A DNA stretch of 64,000 nt from an uncultured Candidatus Saccharibacteria bacterium (GCA_964643955.1 CAZXUO010000005.1:95-64094); one strand, 5' to 3'; shown: positions 18,390 through 28,081, numbered from the stretch's first letter. Program-made: numbers and translations. Notes: generated from the sequence alone by a model not told the origin.

Positions 18390-19460
18390 TTAGTAGTTGA
18401 AGTCGGTTACGTCTTCAATGTCATCCTCATCTTCGTTGTATTTGTCAGCGAGGTACTCGATAACCTCATCCTCATCTTCGTCTACGTTGTTGAGGGTGAA
18501 ACTGTCAGTATCACCATCTTCAAATTCAACATCGATATAGGCATCGTCACCACTGAATTCTACTTCAATAGATTCGATATCGTCATTTCCATCTTCGAAT
18601 TCGATCACATCTTCAACCTCGTCCTCATCGATATTGTACTCGTCGGCGAGGTACTCAATTACCTCGTCTTCATCTTCATCGACGTTTGAGATCGTGAGTG
18701 TGTCTTCGTCACCGTCTTCAAATTCTACGGTTACGTCTGCATCATCTCCGTCCCACTCAACCTCGATTGACTCGATGTCAGCGTCGTTATTGCTGTTGTT
18801 TCCATCTTCGAAGTCGATAACATCTTCAATGTCATCCTCATCTTCGTTGTAGCGGTCAGCAATCTCCTCAATGACATCATCCTCATCTTCGTCAACATTG
18901 CGAAGCGTGAAGCGATCTTCGTCACCGTCTTCAAATTCTACGGTTACGTCAGCATCATCTCCGTCCCACTCTACTTCAATAGAGTCGATATCTTCATCGT
19001 CATCATTCCAGTCGTCATCGTTGATGATGCGCTCGAGTGTAGGGACTGATACCTTGAGGACCGGTGAGAGGAGCTCGGCAACGCGACGGATAGTCTGTGC
19101 CTCTACTGCGTAGAGCTCAGTGTCGTCGTTGTCGAATTCAACACGGACCTGTGCCATGCGACCATCGAAGTCAACTTCAATAGAGTCGATGTCGTCAGCA
19201 TTGTCATCGTAAAAAGCGGGGTAGCCGGTACATGCGTACTGGTAGCCGTAGCCGGTGCAGTTACCGTAGGCTGGAGTAACACCGCGAGACGCGAGGATCT
19301 GTTGGAGCAACTGTACCTGGGCAATGAGCGCCTGGAGCTGTGCTTGGATGTTTGCGTTGTTGTACGCAACGGTCGTTGCAGCCTGCGCCTGTGCAGACGG
19401 AGCGAGCACGAGTGCTGCTACCGCAAAGGAAAGGGCTGCTGTTTTAAGGAATTTCATCAT
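18390..19460 (-). CDS. Secreted protein with very acidic ~60-aa tandem repeats
   Basis: Signal peptide, Gln/Leu coiled coil, then repeats of DI(D/E)SIEVE.DGDDA.V.VEFEDGD.D...NVDEDED.VIE..AD.YN.DED.(I/V)EDV. Confidence 0.85.
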   Translation of the reverse strand: MMKFLKTAALSFAVAALVLAPSAQAQAATTVAYNNANIQAQLQALIAQVQLLQQILASRGVTPAYGNCTGYGYQYACTGYPAFYDDNADDIDSIEVDFDGRMAQVRVEFDNDDTELYAVEAQTIRRVAELLSPVLKVSVPTLERIINDDDWNDDDEDIDSIEVEWDGDDADVTVEFEDGDEDRFTLRNVDEDEDDVIEEIADRYNEDEDDIEDVIDFEDGNNSNNDADIESIEVEWDGDDADVTVEFEDGDEDTLTISNVDEDEDEVIEYLADEYNIDEDEVEDVIEFEDGNDDIESIEVEFSGDDAYIDVEFEDGDTDSFTLNNVDEDEDEVIEYLADKYNEDEDDIEDVTDFNY

Positions 19461-19638
19461 AAAGCGTTATTGATATCGTTCTTAACCGATTAGTAATGGT
19501 CCGAACTGGCCACATAATGCATATTTTTTGCCCATTTGGCAAGGCGCTTGCCTCCGGGCAGGCCGCATTGCCTTTTTAAGAGCACTCGCTATAGTGTGCC
19601 GAGTATGTGGTGAAGTTCTCGTGAGCGAGGAGGCTCCA

Positions 19639-19779
19639 ATGTGGAAGAAGATGAAACCGCCGCTTTTCTGGATGTTTATAGGAGTGGTTCTCCTTAAGGT
19701 ATTAGAGCCCAATCTGCCCAATATCTTTGGGCCGGGACCGTGCAGTTCTGCTGCAGTGAGCATGCGAAAGGCTGGATGA
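19639..19779 (+). CDS. Small single-TM protein (46 aa)
   Basis: Promoter TTGCCT-16-TATAGT, SD GAGGAGG and downstream hairpin AAGGCCGGCGCGAGC-GAA-GCTCGCGCCGGCCTT. Confidence 0.55.
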   Translation: MWKKMKPPLFWMFIGVVLLKVLEPNLPNIFGPGPCSSAAVSMRKAG

Positions 19780-19856
19780 GGGGAGGGGTGGCACGAAAAG
19801 GCCGGCGCGAGCGAAGCTCGCGCCGGCCTTCTGTATATCTCCCATTCCATTTTTTC

Positions 19857-20078
19857 TTGACGTGCCCTAGGGGGTACGCTACTATTTGGGACATCGCAAA
19901 CGCGCTTTTTGTGTGTGGTTGGGAAGACTCCCATTCTGCGTACCAAAAAGCGCTCGGAGGTATGGAGTGGTAGGTGGCGAGGCACTGTTCTCGCGCCTTC
20001 GCTACTCATCGCTCATTCCTTCGGGCGCCTTGGGCCACGAGAGACGGATGCGTTTTATTACTTTTACAACATAACACT
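19857..20078 (+). promoter_or_regulatory. tuf promoter and long structured 5' leader
   Basis: TTGACG-17-TACTAT at 19857-19885; helix GCGCTTTTTG (19902-19911)/CAAAAAGCGC (19944-19953) and a second long hairpin at ~19955-20023. Confidence 0.65.
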
Positions 20079-21272
20079 ATGGCAGGAACATTCGACCGAT
20101 CAAAGCCACACATCAACGTCGGTACCATTGGTCACGTTGACCACGGTAAGACTACGTTGACCGCTGCGATCTTGAGCGTACTCCACTCACGCGGTGATGG
20201 ATATGCTGCAAACATGAAGGCCGTTGATGAAATTGACAAGGCGCCTGAGGAAAAGGCCCGCGGTATTACTATTTCGCTCTCGCACTCTGAGTACGAGACG
20301 CCAAATCGTCACTACGCACACATCGACGCTCCAGGACACGCTGACTACATCAAGAACATGATTACCGGTGCTGCCCAGATGGACGGCGCAGTACTCGTGG
20401 TAGCAGCTACTGACGGCGCGATGCCACAGACACGTGAGCACGTACTCCTTGCAAAGCAGGTGGGTGTGCCAAAGATCATTGTCTTCCTCAACAAGACCGA
20501 CATGGTTGATGACGAGGAAATGGTAATGCTCGTTGAAGAAGAGCTCCGCGAGCTCCTCGACAAGCACGGTTTCGATGGAAAGAACGCACCTATTATCAAG
20601 GGTTCAGGTCTCAAGGCTCTCGAAGAGCCAACAGGTGACTGGGGTAAGAAGGTCCTCGAGCTCGTTGATGCGATGGACGCATACTTCCCAATGCCACAGC
20701 GTGAACTCGACAAGCCGTTCCTTATGCCAGTTGAGGACATCTTCTCAATTGAAGGACGCGGTACGGTAGTAACGGGTCGCGTAGAGCGCGGTTCGGTAAA
20801 GGTGGGTGAGGAAATCGAGATCGTCGGTATCAAGGACACAACAAAGACGACAGTTACTGGTGTTGAAATGTTCAACAAGCAGCTTGATGCTGCACAGGCC
20901 GGCGATAACGCAGGCGTACTTCTCCGAGGTGTTGCCAAGGATGACGTACACCGCGGTCAGGTGCTTGCGGCAAAGGGTTCAGTAACTCCACATACAGAAT
21001 TCGAGGCGGAAGTGTACGTCCTCTCAAAGGACGAAGGAGGCCGCCACACACCATTCTTCTCTGGTTACAAGCCACAGTTCTACATCCGCACAACGGACGT
21101 AACGGGCGACGTAACACTTGCAGAGGGAACGGAGATGGTTATGCCAGGAGACACCGTTACTTTCAAGGTAAAACTCGTTGCGCCGGTTGCTCTTGAAGAG
21201 CAGACTCGCTTCGCTATTCGCGAAGGAGGAAAGACGGTTGGTGCCGGCGTGGTAACCAAGATTGTTGCATAA
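20079..21272 (+). CDS. tuf: Elongation factor Tu
   Basis: [26 protein letters not shown] and [13 protein letters not shown]. Confidence 0.99.
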   Translation: MAGTFDRSKPHINVGTIGHVDHGKTTLTAAILSVLHSRGDGYAANMKAVDEIDKAPEEKARGITISLSHSEYETPNRHYAHIDAPGHADYIKNMITGAAQMDGAVLVVAATDGAMPQTREHVLLAKQVGVPKIIVFLNKTDMVDDEEMVMLVEEELRELLDKHGFDGKNAPIIKGSGLKALEEPTGDWGKKVLELVDAMDAYFPMPQRELDKPFLMPVEDIFSIEGRGTVVTGRVERGSVKVGEEIEIVGIKDTTKTTVTGVEMFNKQLDAAQAGDNAGVLLRGVAKDDVHRGQVLAAKGSVTPHTEFEAEVYVLSKDEGGRHTPFFSGYKPQFYIRTTDVTGDVTLAEGTEMVMPGDTVTFKVKLVAPVALEEQTRFAIREGGKTVGAGVVTKIVA

Positions 21273-21326
21273 TCGAGGAAAGTGCGCTTATATAGGGCGC
21301 ATACCACCCGTACTTACACATGTACC

Positions 21327-21728
21327 ATGACAACTAAAGCTGCAGAAAAAACTGAAGGAAAGAAGACCGTGAAAAAGCGTGCACCACGTGCGGCTAAGAA
21401 AACGGATGCTGCTTCGGGAGATATCCAGAAGCTCCGCATTCGTGTTCGCGCCTACGAGCACAAGATTCTTGATGCTTCGGTGAAGCAGATCATGGACACC
21501 GCACTTCGCTTCGATGCGAAGGTGGTTGGCCCCATCCCACTTCCAACGGAGATCAAGAAGTACACGGTCAACCGAGCCTCATTCGTGTACAAGGATGCGC
21601 GAGAACAATTCGAGATGCGCGTACACAAGCGAGTGATCGACATCCTCAACCCACCTCCCAAGGTGATCGAGGCATTGACCAACCTCTCACTTCCTTCAGG
21701 CGTCAACATTGATGTGAAGATGATGTAA
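21327..21728 (+). CDS. rpsJ: 30S ribosomal protein S10 with Lys/Ala-rich N-terminal extension
   Basis: LRIRVRAYEH, GPIPLPT and REQFEMRVHKR. Confidence 0.97.
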   Translation: MTTKAAEKTEGKKTVKKRAPRAAKKTDAASGDIQKLRIRVRAYEHKILDASVKQIMDTALRFDAKVVGPIPLPTEIKKYTVNRASFVYKDAREQFEMRVHKRVIDILNPPPKVIEALTNLSLPSGVNIDVKMM

Positions 21729-21750
21729 GGACACAGCTCTAGTTTCTGAC

Positions 21751-21797
21751 ACAAATACAAAACCCCGCGGCCTCCGGCCGCGGGGTTTTGTATTTGT
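21751..21797. terminator. Terminator between rpsJ and rplC
   Basis: ACAAATACAAAACCCCGCGGCC-TCC-GGCCGCGGGGTTTTGTATTTGT. Confidence 0.85.
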
Positions 21798-21948
21798 TGC
21801 AATCTTTTTGAACATCTGTATAATGCCGTGAGCTTTGAGAAGACCTACGTACCTCTGCTTCGGCGGGGAGACCAATGGGCAGAAACCGCGACTGCGGGCT
21901 TTTGCCCGCAGTCGCGGTTTCGTATAGTCCCTCAAGCAACTCAAAACC
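21797..21948 (+). promoter_or_regulatory. rplC promoter and structured leader (candidate r-protein leader)
   Basis: TTGCAA-16-TATAAT; cUUCGg hairpin at 21853-21868; perfect 18-bp hairpin at 21882-21921; closing TTGAG/CTCAA. Confidence 0.65.
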
Positions 21949-22572
21949 ATGAAGTATATCCTTGGAACAAAAGAGCGCATGACCCAAGTCTTTGACGAGG
22001 CTGGTATTGCGTACCCAGCTACTATTCTCCGTGTAGAGCCGGGCATCATTTCACAGGTGAAGACTGCTGAGAAGGACGGCTATACTGCGGTACAGCTCGC
22101 GCTCGGTACTAAGAAGGCTTCACACATGAACAAGGCGCAGATGGGTCACCTCGGCGGCGCATACGCGATCGTGAAGGAGTTCCGTCCTAAGAAGAAGGGT
22201 GAGACCATCGATGGTCTCGAAAAGGGAACTACGATCGACGCGAGCCTCTTTGCGGTTGGCGATGTGGTAGAAGTATCTGCGCTCTCAAAGGGTAAAGGTT
22301 TCCAGGGTGTAGTGAAGCGCCATGGATTTGCCGGTGATAAGGCATCGCACGGCCGCAAGCACTCAGCACGCGCACCGGGCTCTATCGGCGGCGGAGGTCG
22401 CGCCGGTGGTCGTGTGATCAAGGGTATGCGCATGGCCGGCCGTATGGGCGGTGAGCGCATCACCGTGAAGAACCTCAAGGTTCTTGCCGTAAATCCTACT
22501 GAGAACATCCTCCTCATCGGAGGCGCTGTTCCGGGTCGAACAGGTACCGTGGTCGAAGTCCGTGGCTCATAA
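21949..22572 (+). CDS. rplC: 50S ribosomal protein L3
   Basis: KDGYTAVQL, SKGKGFQGVVKRHGF and GMRMAGRMG. Confidence 0.98.
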   Translation: MKYILGTKERMTQVFDEAGIAYPATILRVEPGIISQVKTAEKDGYTAVQLALGTKKASHMNKAQMGHLGGAYAIVKEFRPKKKGETIDGLEKGTTIDASLFAVGDVVEVSALSKGKGFQGVVKRHGFAGDKASHGRKHSARAPGSIGGGGRAGGRVIKGMRMAGRMGGERITVKNLKVLAVNPTENILLIGGAVPGRTGTVVEVRGS

Positions 22573-22582
22573 TTTTCATACT

Positions 22583-23347
22583 ATGCAAGCACCGATTTAC
22601 AACATGCAAGGAAAAGACGCCGGAAAGGTGGAGCTTCCTGATGCAATCTTCAATCAGCCATGGAATGCTGACCTCGTGTACGATGTCGTACAGGTAATGC
22701 GCGGCAATGCGCGTGCGGGTACTGCACACACCAAGAATCGCGGCGAAGTACGCGGTGGTGGTAAGAAGCCATGGAAGCAGAAGGGTACGGGCCGCGCTCG
22801 TCACGGTTCACGTCGCTCACCAATCTGGAAGGGCGGAGGCGTCGCCTTCGGACCACGCGCTGAGAAAGACTACTCACGCAAGCTCAACCGCAACATACGC
22901 GCAAAGGCGCTCGCGGTAGTACTCTCGCAGAAGCTCCGTGATGGTGAGGTTATTTTCCTCGACACACTTGCATTCCCTGAACCAAAGGCAAAGCAGGCAA
23001 AGGATGCCCTCATCGCACTCTCAGGTATCAAGGGTATGGAGACGCTCGCAACAAAGCGCGCAAACGCAGCACTCCTCGTGATCCCGGGCCGCAACGAATC
23101 TACTGAAAAGAGCTTCCGAAACTTCGGCAACGTAGTACTCGGTCAGGCAAAGGACATCAACCCAGTTGAGATTCTTTCACACAAGTACGTGATTGTTGCG
23201 GATGCTGAAGCAGTGATCGATGTGCTTGCAACACGCGTTGCAACACGCGCTCAGAAGAAGACCGCAGGTGCTGCATCAGCAGTGTCAGAGAAGAAGCCTA
23301 AAGCTTCTCCAAAGAAGCCGGCTGCAAAGAAAACCGCTAAAGCATAA
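22583..23347 (+). CDS. rplD: 50S ribosomal protein L4 with Lys/Ala-rich C-terminal tail
   Basis: [24 protein letters not shown]. Confidence 0.98.
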   Translation: MQAPIYNMQGKDAGKVELPDAIFNQPWNADLVYDVVQVMRGNARAGTAHTKNRGEVRGGGKKPWKQKGTGRARHGSRRSPIWKGGGVAFGPRAEKDYSRKLNRNIRAKALAVVLSQKLRDGEVIFLDTLAFPEPKAKQAKDALIALSGIKGMETLATKRANAALLVIPGRNESTEKSFRNFGNVVLGQAKDINPVEILSHKYVIVADAEAVIDVLATRVATRAQKKTAGAASAVSEKKPKASPKKPAAKKTAKA

Positions 23348-23355
23348 ACAATCGT

Positions 23356-23703
23356 ATGGCACTCTTCGGACGAAAAACAGAAAAAAAGAAAGCAGTAGGC
23401 GATGTAAAGCTCTCTGCAGCACGCGACCTCTCTTCAGTGTTGATGCGCCCACGCATCACCGAGAAGGCAGCAAACTTGAGCGATCAAAACGTCTACGTGT
23501 TTGTGGTGCGTAATGATGCATCAAAGTTTGATGTGCGCGATGCAGTGAAGGCGCTTTTCAAAGTGACTCCGACGAAGATCCGCATCGTCAATCAGGCTGC
23601 ACGTACGACGCGCTCAGTATCGACGAACCGCCGCCGTACGGTGTCAGGTCTCAAGAAGGCGTACATTCACCTCAAGAAGGGTGACCGTATCGATCTCGTA
23701 TAA
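23356..23703 (+). CDS. rplW: 50S ribosomal protein L23
   Basis: PRITEKA, YVFVV and KKAYIHL. Confidence 0.95.
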   Translation: MALFGRKTEKKKAVGDVKLSAARDLSSVLMRPRITEKAANLSDQNVYVFVVRNDASKFDVRDAVKALFKVTPTKIRIVNQAARTTRSVSTNRRRTVSGLKKAYIHLKKGDRIDLV

Positions 23704-23712
23704 CATTTTTGT

Positions 23713-24573
23713 ATGAAAGCCTATAAACCAACATCAGCAGGACGTCGTGGCATGACCGTAGTGTCGTACCGAAAGGTGCTCACGACGACAAAGAATGCTC
23801 CCCGCAAGAACCTCACACGTGGTGGTCGTTCAACGGGTGGACGCAACAGTCAGGGTCGCACGACGACATGGTACCGCGGTGGAGGCGTCAAGCGCACATA
23901 CCGTGACGTTGATTTTACCTACAACAAGAAGGATATTCCTGCGCGTGTTGAAAGTATTGAATACGATCCATACCGATCAGGATTTATCGCACTCGTCCTC
24001 TACAAAGACGGTGAGCGTCGTTACATTCTTGCGCCGCAAAACTTTAAGGCAGGAGATGAGATGATTGTTTCAGAGACTGCGCGCGCAAAGGTGGGTAACC
24101 GCACCGTTCTCTCAAACATCCCTGTTGGTACATTTGTATACAATGTTGAGCTTAAGCCCGGAGCAGGTGCACGTCTCGCACGTTCTGCTGGTAGCTACGT
24201 CGAAGTCGTTGCGCACGACGGAGGTACGACACAGCTCAAGATGCCATCGAGCGAAATTCGTCGCGTACCGAGCGGAGCATGGGCGTCGATCGGACAGGTT
24301 TCAAATGATGAATATCGCCTCGTAAATCTCGGAAAGGCTGGACGCGCTCGCTACCGAGGTCTCCGTCCAAAGACTCGTGGTTCTGCGAAGAACGCAGTTG
24401 ACCACCCACACGGCGGAGGTGAAGGACGCAGCCCTCGTGGTCACCGACGCCAGCGCACGGCGCAGGGTCGCCCAACAGGAAAGGGACAGAAGACACGAAA
24501 GCCAAAGAAGTACTCAAACCGAAACATCGTATCTCGCCGCAAGCCCGGCAAGATTATGGGCGGAAAACGCTAA
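23713..24573 (+). CDS. rplB: 50S ribosomal protein L2
   Basis: GGRNSQGR, IEYDPYRS and DHPHGGGEG. Confidence 0.98.
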   Translation: MKAYKPTSAGRRGMTVVSYRKVLTTTKNAPRKNLTRGGRSTGGRNSQGRTTTWYRGGGVKRTYRDVDFTYNKKDIPARVESIEYDPYRSGFIALVLYKDGERRYILAPQNFKAGDEMIVSETARAKVGNRTVLSNIPVGTFVYNVELKPGAGARLARSAGSYVEVVAHDGGTTQLKMPSSEIRRVPSGAWASIGQVSNDEYRLVNLGKAGRARYRGLRPKTRGSAKNAVDHPHGGGEGRSPRGHRRQRTAQGRPTGKGQKTRKPKKYSNRNIVSRRKPGKIMGGKR

Positions 24574-24614
24574 AGAAAAAACCACTTGCATATGCAAGTG
24601 GTTTTTTCTTTAGC
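24569..24614. terminator. Perfect 46-bp palindrome at the rplB stop (bidirectional terminator-like)
   Basis: GCTAAAGAAAAAACCACTTGCAT|ATGCAAGTGGTTTTTTCTTTAGC. Confidence 0.8.
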
Positions 24615-24800
24615 ATGTGCCCTACGGCACATGCGATGCGTTTTCCGAGTCGGAGCGTTGTGAGGAGCTCTCTGAAAGAGCGACGAACCGCGAGACGTGG
24701 TCAAGGATACTTAGTGAAATATGCGCGAAGCGGATATTTCACTTAGTAATCCGTGACGCAAGCGATATCTATTTTGACAAGTGACTCGTGACGCAAGCGA
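24613..24800. repeat. Structured intergenic element (REP-like) with several hairpins and a 14-bp direct repeat
   Basis: Hairpins GCATGTGCC/GGCACATGC and AGTGAAATAT..GCGAAGCG..ATATTTCACT; CGTGACGCAAGCGA at 24752-24765 and 24787-24800. Confidence 0.6.
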
Positions 24801-24858
24801 AAACAAAAACCGCCCCGACAAAAGCCGAGGCGGCTTCTGGTCGGGGCGTGCCCCTCCT

Positions 24859-25320
24859 TCACACAGGGTGCTCAAAGAGCGGTGCTGAATGCGTTGCGGG
24901 AGCGGGACGCATGTAGTGCACTGGTGGTGCGGGCTCGGGCTTCGCGTAGGTTGTGAGTGCGACCACCCATGCTTCGTCGAGCATCACCCGATACAGCCTT
25001 TTCGAATCCTCGTACTGATGCTCGGAGATGTCGAAACCGAGCGCGAGGAGCTTTCCAGGGGAAAGGCCATAGGCGAGCGCCACGCTCTCGCGGGTGACGC
25101 GTCCATCCCATCGCGCGACCGATGGATTGATACAGAACGCGAGTGCGAGGTGGCACTCTGTATCGAGGTTGCACAGTGCGCGTATGTGAGCGTCACTGCC
25201 ATCAATGTGGAACATCCTTCGTTCCCAGTCGAGCGGTGCATGCTTGGCGAGGAATTCTACTCCGCGCGCGACACGTCTCTGCGCGAGCACCCATGGGTCC
25301 GTCGTCTCGAGTCTTGGCAT
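24859..25320 (-). CDS. Hypothetical protein inserted antisense within the S10 cluster
   Basis: Strong SD GAGGAGG before the ATG; downstream hairpin at ~24811-24848. Confidence 0.65.
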   Translation of the reverse strand: MPRLETTDPWVLAQRRVARGVEFLAKHAPLDWERRMFHIDGSDAHIRALCNLDTECHLALAFCINPSVARWDGRVTRESVALAYGLSPGKLLALGFDISEHQYEDSKRLYRVMLDEAWVVALTTYAKPEPAPPVHYMRPAPATHSAPLFEHPV

Positions 25321-25397
25321 TGAAACCTCCTCGTAATCCTGCTAGAGGGTATCACCTTACGCACTTTCTGACCATCGTGTGCTACCCTTGTAGGCAT

Positions 25398-25631
25398 ATG
25401 GAAGGACTTCGGGAGGGGGACATACACGGAAGCGAGCGACAACCCTCAATAAGCGAGGCCATGGCCACTATTCATGGAATTATGGCTGAAATAAGCCCTA
25501 CGGGAGCGGTTGACAGTGAGTGGTCGGACCTCTTGATACTCCTTAAAATGCTTGAAAATGGAAGGATTTTGCCTCGAGAAGCAGTCGAAAAAGCGCGTAG
25601 ACTCCAAGAGTCGCGCAATCTCGACCATTAG
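25398..25631 (+). CDS. Small hypothetical protein (77 aa)
   Basis: ATG 25398 follows TGcTACCCT; helical sequence GAVDSEWSDL...PREAVEKARRL. Confidence 0.55.
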   Translation: MEGLREGDIHGSERQPSISEAMATIHGIMAEISPTGAVDSEWSDLLILLKMLENGRILPREAVEKARRLQESRNLDH

Positions 25632-25643
25632 AGCCGTGAATTG

Positions 25644-25716
25644 TTGACACTGAGAGACAATTCGCGTACTATGCTCGCACAAAGCTCGTTCGGGCTTTTT
25701 TATTTAGCACGCCCCT
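25644..25716 (+). promoter_or_regulatory. Internal promoter and leader for rpsS
   Basis: TTGACA-17-TACTAT, then AAAGCTC-GTTC-GGGCTTT followed by a T-rich tract. Confidence 0.7.
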
Positions 25717-26043
25717 ATGGCACGATCACTCTATAAAGGTCCCTACGTCGATCCAAAGCTATTAGAAAAAATAGCTGATAAGAAACCCCAGAGCACGGGG
25801 ACTATTAAGACGTGGGCACGCTCATCACAGATCTCTCCGGAGATGGTGGGCTTCACGTTTGGCGTTCACAACGGCAAGACCCATATCGACGTGTTCGTGA
25901 CTGAAGAAATGGTGGGACATCGTCTTGGTGAATTTTCTCCAACCAAGAAGTTCCTCCGCCACGGAGGTAAGATGCAGAAGGAGCTCGAAACAAAGAAGAA
26001 GGAGTCTGAAATTGCAGCAGCTAAGGCCGCAAAAGCAGCATAG
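25717..26043 (+). CDS. rpsS: 30S ribosomal protein S19
   Basis: [22 protein letters not shown] and [12 protein letters not shown]. Confidence 0.98.
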   Translation: MARSLYKGPYVDPKLLEKIADKKPQSTGTIKTWARSSQISPEMVGFTFGVHNGKTHIDVFVTEEMVGHRLGEFSPTKKFLRHGGKMQKELETKKKESEIAAAKAAKAA

Positions 26044-26058
26044 TAGTTTTGCCCTCGT

Positions 26059-26418
26059 ATGAAAGCCTTTCTCAAAAACTATCGTCAGTCACCGCGCAAG
26101 GTTCGCTTGCTCGCTGATCTTGTGCGTGGAAAGGATGTTGCGAAGGCAATCGCGATGCTTGATTTTGCAAACAAGCGCGCCGCTGATCCTTTTGGAAAAG
26201 TATTGAAATCAGCAATCGCAAATGCGAAGGCAGCAGGGAAAGAAGAGGGAACACTCTTCGTGAAGTCGGTTGCAGTTGATAAGGGTATTGTGCTCACGCG
26301 CTTCATGCCGCGCGCGCGAGGTTCTGCGTCTCCGATCAACCGTCGTTCAAGTCACATCACGATTGAGCTCGGTGAGCGTGCAGCAGGTGCGAAGAAAGTT
26401 TCAAAGAAAAAGGCGTAA
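26059..26418 (+). CDS. rplV: 50S ribosomal protein L22
   Basis: SPRKVRLLADLVRG, PRARG and SHITI. Confidence 0.97.
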   Translation: MKAFLKNYRQSPRKVRLLADLVRGKDVAKAIAMLDFANKRAADPFGKVLKSAIANAKAAGKEEGTLFVKSVAVDKGIVLTRFMPRARGSASPINRRSSHITIELGERAAGAKKVSKKKA

Positions 26419-26436
26419 TATTATTTTCATACTCTT

Positions 26437-27129
26437 ATGACACACATCGTACATCCATACGCACAACGACTCGGTATTCTCCGCGACTGGAAGTCACGAT
26501 GGTTTTCTCCTGATCCAAAGAAGTATCGTGAGTACCTCCGTACTGATCAGAAGATTCGTGCATTCCTCGAGAAAAAGCTCCGCGGCATGTATGTTGCGGC
26601 AATCGACATCGAACGCGATGAGAAGGCAGTTCGCGTCGTTATTCGTACGTCACGCCCGGGTCTCATCATTGGACGCTCAGGAGAAGGTGCAGTAAAGCTC
26701 AAGAAGGAGATTGATCTTCTCGTGCGTACACTCAAGCTCTCTGAGAAGCCCGAGATCAAACTCGATGTTGAAGAAATTCGCGTACCAGAATCAAATGCGT
26801 CGATCGTCGGTCAGATGATCGTTGAAGGTCTTGAGAAGCGTATGCCATTCCGTCGCGTAATGAAGCAGACAATCGAGAAGGTGATTGCAAATCGCGATGT
26901 ACAGGGTGTTCGTGTGATCCTCTCAGGTCGCCTCGGTGGCGCAGAAATGGGACGCACCGAGGAGTTGAAGCGCGGACGTATTCCGCTTCAGACGCTTCGT
27001 GCAGACATTGATTTTGCACGCGAGAAGGCGATGCTTCCGTACGGCGTCATCGGCGTGAAGGTATGGATCTATCGTGGTGATGTCTTTGCAGAACGCAAGG
27101 CACACGCTGCTGAAACTGATGCGCGCTAA
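26437..27129 (+). CDS. rpsC: 30S ribosomal protein S3
   Basis: RPGLIIG, GRLGGAE, PLQTLRADID and GVKVWIY. Confidence 0.98.
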   Translation: MTHIVHPYAQRLGILRDWKSRWFSPDPKKYREYLRTDQKIRAFLEKKLRGMYVAAIDIERDEKAVRVVIRTSRPGLIIGRSGEGAVKLKKEIDLLVRTLKLSEKPEIKLDVEEIRVPESNASIVGQMIVEGLEKRMPFRRVMKQTIEKVIANRDVQGVRVILSGRLGGAEMGRTEELKRGRIPLQTLRADIDFAREKAMLPYGVIGVKVWIYRGDVFAERKAHAAETDAR

Positions 27130-27146
27130 TATCTATATTCTGGCTT

Positions 27147-27575
27147 ATGTTGTTTCCTAAAAAAGTAAAACATCGAAAGTGGCAGACTGGCCGCACAAAC
27201 CCAGCAAAGTACACGCCTGATACGCGCGGACTTGAGGTTTCCTTTGGTTCATACGGTCTCCGTGCAATGACGCAGGCGCGCGTGAAGTCAAACCAGATTG
27301 AGGCTGCACGCCGCGTAATCTCTCGAACACTCGGCAAGACCGGCCGCCTCTGGATCCGCATTTTCCCAGACCGTCCCGTTACCAAGAAGCCAGCTGAGGT
27401 GGGCATGGGTAAAGGTAAGGGAGATCCTGACCACTTTATCTTCGAGGTACTTCCGGGACGCATCCTCTTTGAGGTCGACGGCGTATCACGCGACGTTGCG
27501 CGCGAGGCATTCCGCAAGGCAACCGCAAAGCTTCCCGTAAAGAGCAAGTTTGCAGCCCGCGAGGGGAACGAGTAG
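27147..27575 (+). CDS. rplP: 50S ribosomal protein L16
   Basis: QIEAARR, WIRIFPD and MGKGKG. Confidence 0.98.
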   Translation: MLFPKKVKHRKWQTGRTNPAKYTPDTRGLEVSFGSYGLRAMTQARVKSNQIEAARRVISRTLGKTGRLWIRIFPDRPVTKKPAEVGMGKGKGDPDHFIFEVLPGRILFEVDGVSRDVAREAFRKATAKLPVKSKFAAREGNE

Positions 27576-27622
27576 ACAAGAGCGACTACAATAGTGTATA
27601 AGTCTCTTGCAATCACACGCAT

Positions 27623-27805
27623 ATGAACATGAAAGATATCGCACAAAAGAAGGACGCAGAACTCGAAACGCTCCTCACGGAGAAGCGCGAGGAGATTCGT
27701 ACCTTTCGCTTTGGTACCGTCAACCGCGATGTCCGCGCCGTGCGTGAAAACAAGAAGACGGTCGCTCGTGTCCTCACTGAGATGAACAAGCGCAGCGCCG
27801 CATAG
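27623..27805 (+). CDS. rpmC: 50S ribosomal protein L29
   Basis: Position in the operon; FRF...KKTVARVLT. Confidence 0.9.
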   Translation: MNMKDIAQKKDAELETLLTEKREEIRTFRFGTVNRDVRAVRENKKTVARVLTEMNKRSAA

Positions 27806-27819
27806 TTTTTAATACCCCT

Positions 27820-28074
27820 ATGGAAACCAACCCAACAAACACAGCAGAAAACAAGGGCCGCTCATTTCGCGGAACGGTGGTTTCGACGAAGATGAAAGAT
27901 ACCGTAACGGTTGCGGTAGAGCGCTATGTGCAGCACCCAAAGTACAAGAAGTTCATCCGCCGCACCAAGAAGTTTTTGGCGCACAATCCGGGTAACACCG
28001 TGAAGGAAGGGGATGTGGTAACAATCCGCGAGGTGAAGCCCATCTCAAAGCGCAAGCATTTTGAAGTAGCATAA
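27820..28074 (+). CDS. rpsQ: 30S ribosomal protein S17
   Basis: [17 protein letters not shown] and KPISKRK. Confidence 0.97.
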   Translation: METNPTNTAENKGRSFRGTVVSTKMKDTVTVAVERYVQHPKYKKFIRRTKKFLAHNPGNTVKEGDVVTIREVKPISKRKHFEVA

Positions 28075-28081
28075 AACGCAT

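Noticed and set aside
18390-19010. DNA-level tandem repeats that might suggest a CRISPR or other non-coding array
   Set aside because: The repeats are in-frame coding units with synonymous variation; there are no unique spacers and no cas genes.
19886-20078. SRP RNA or RNase P RNA upstream of tuf
   Set aside because: It lacks the SRP domain IV motif and the RNase P GAGGAAAGUCC signature; kept only as an unknown leader.
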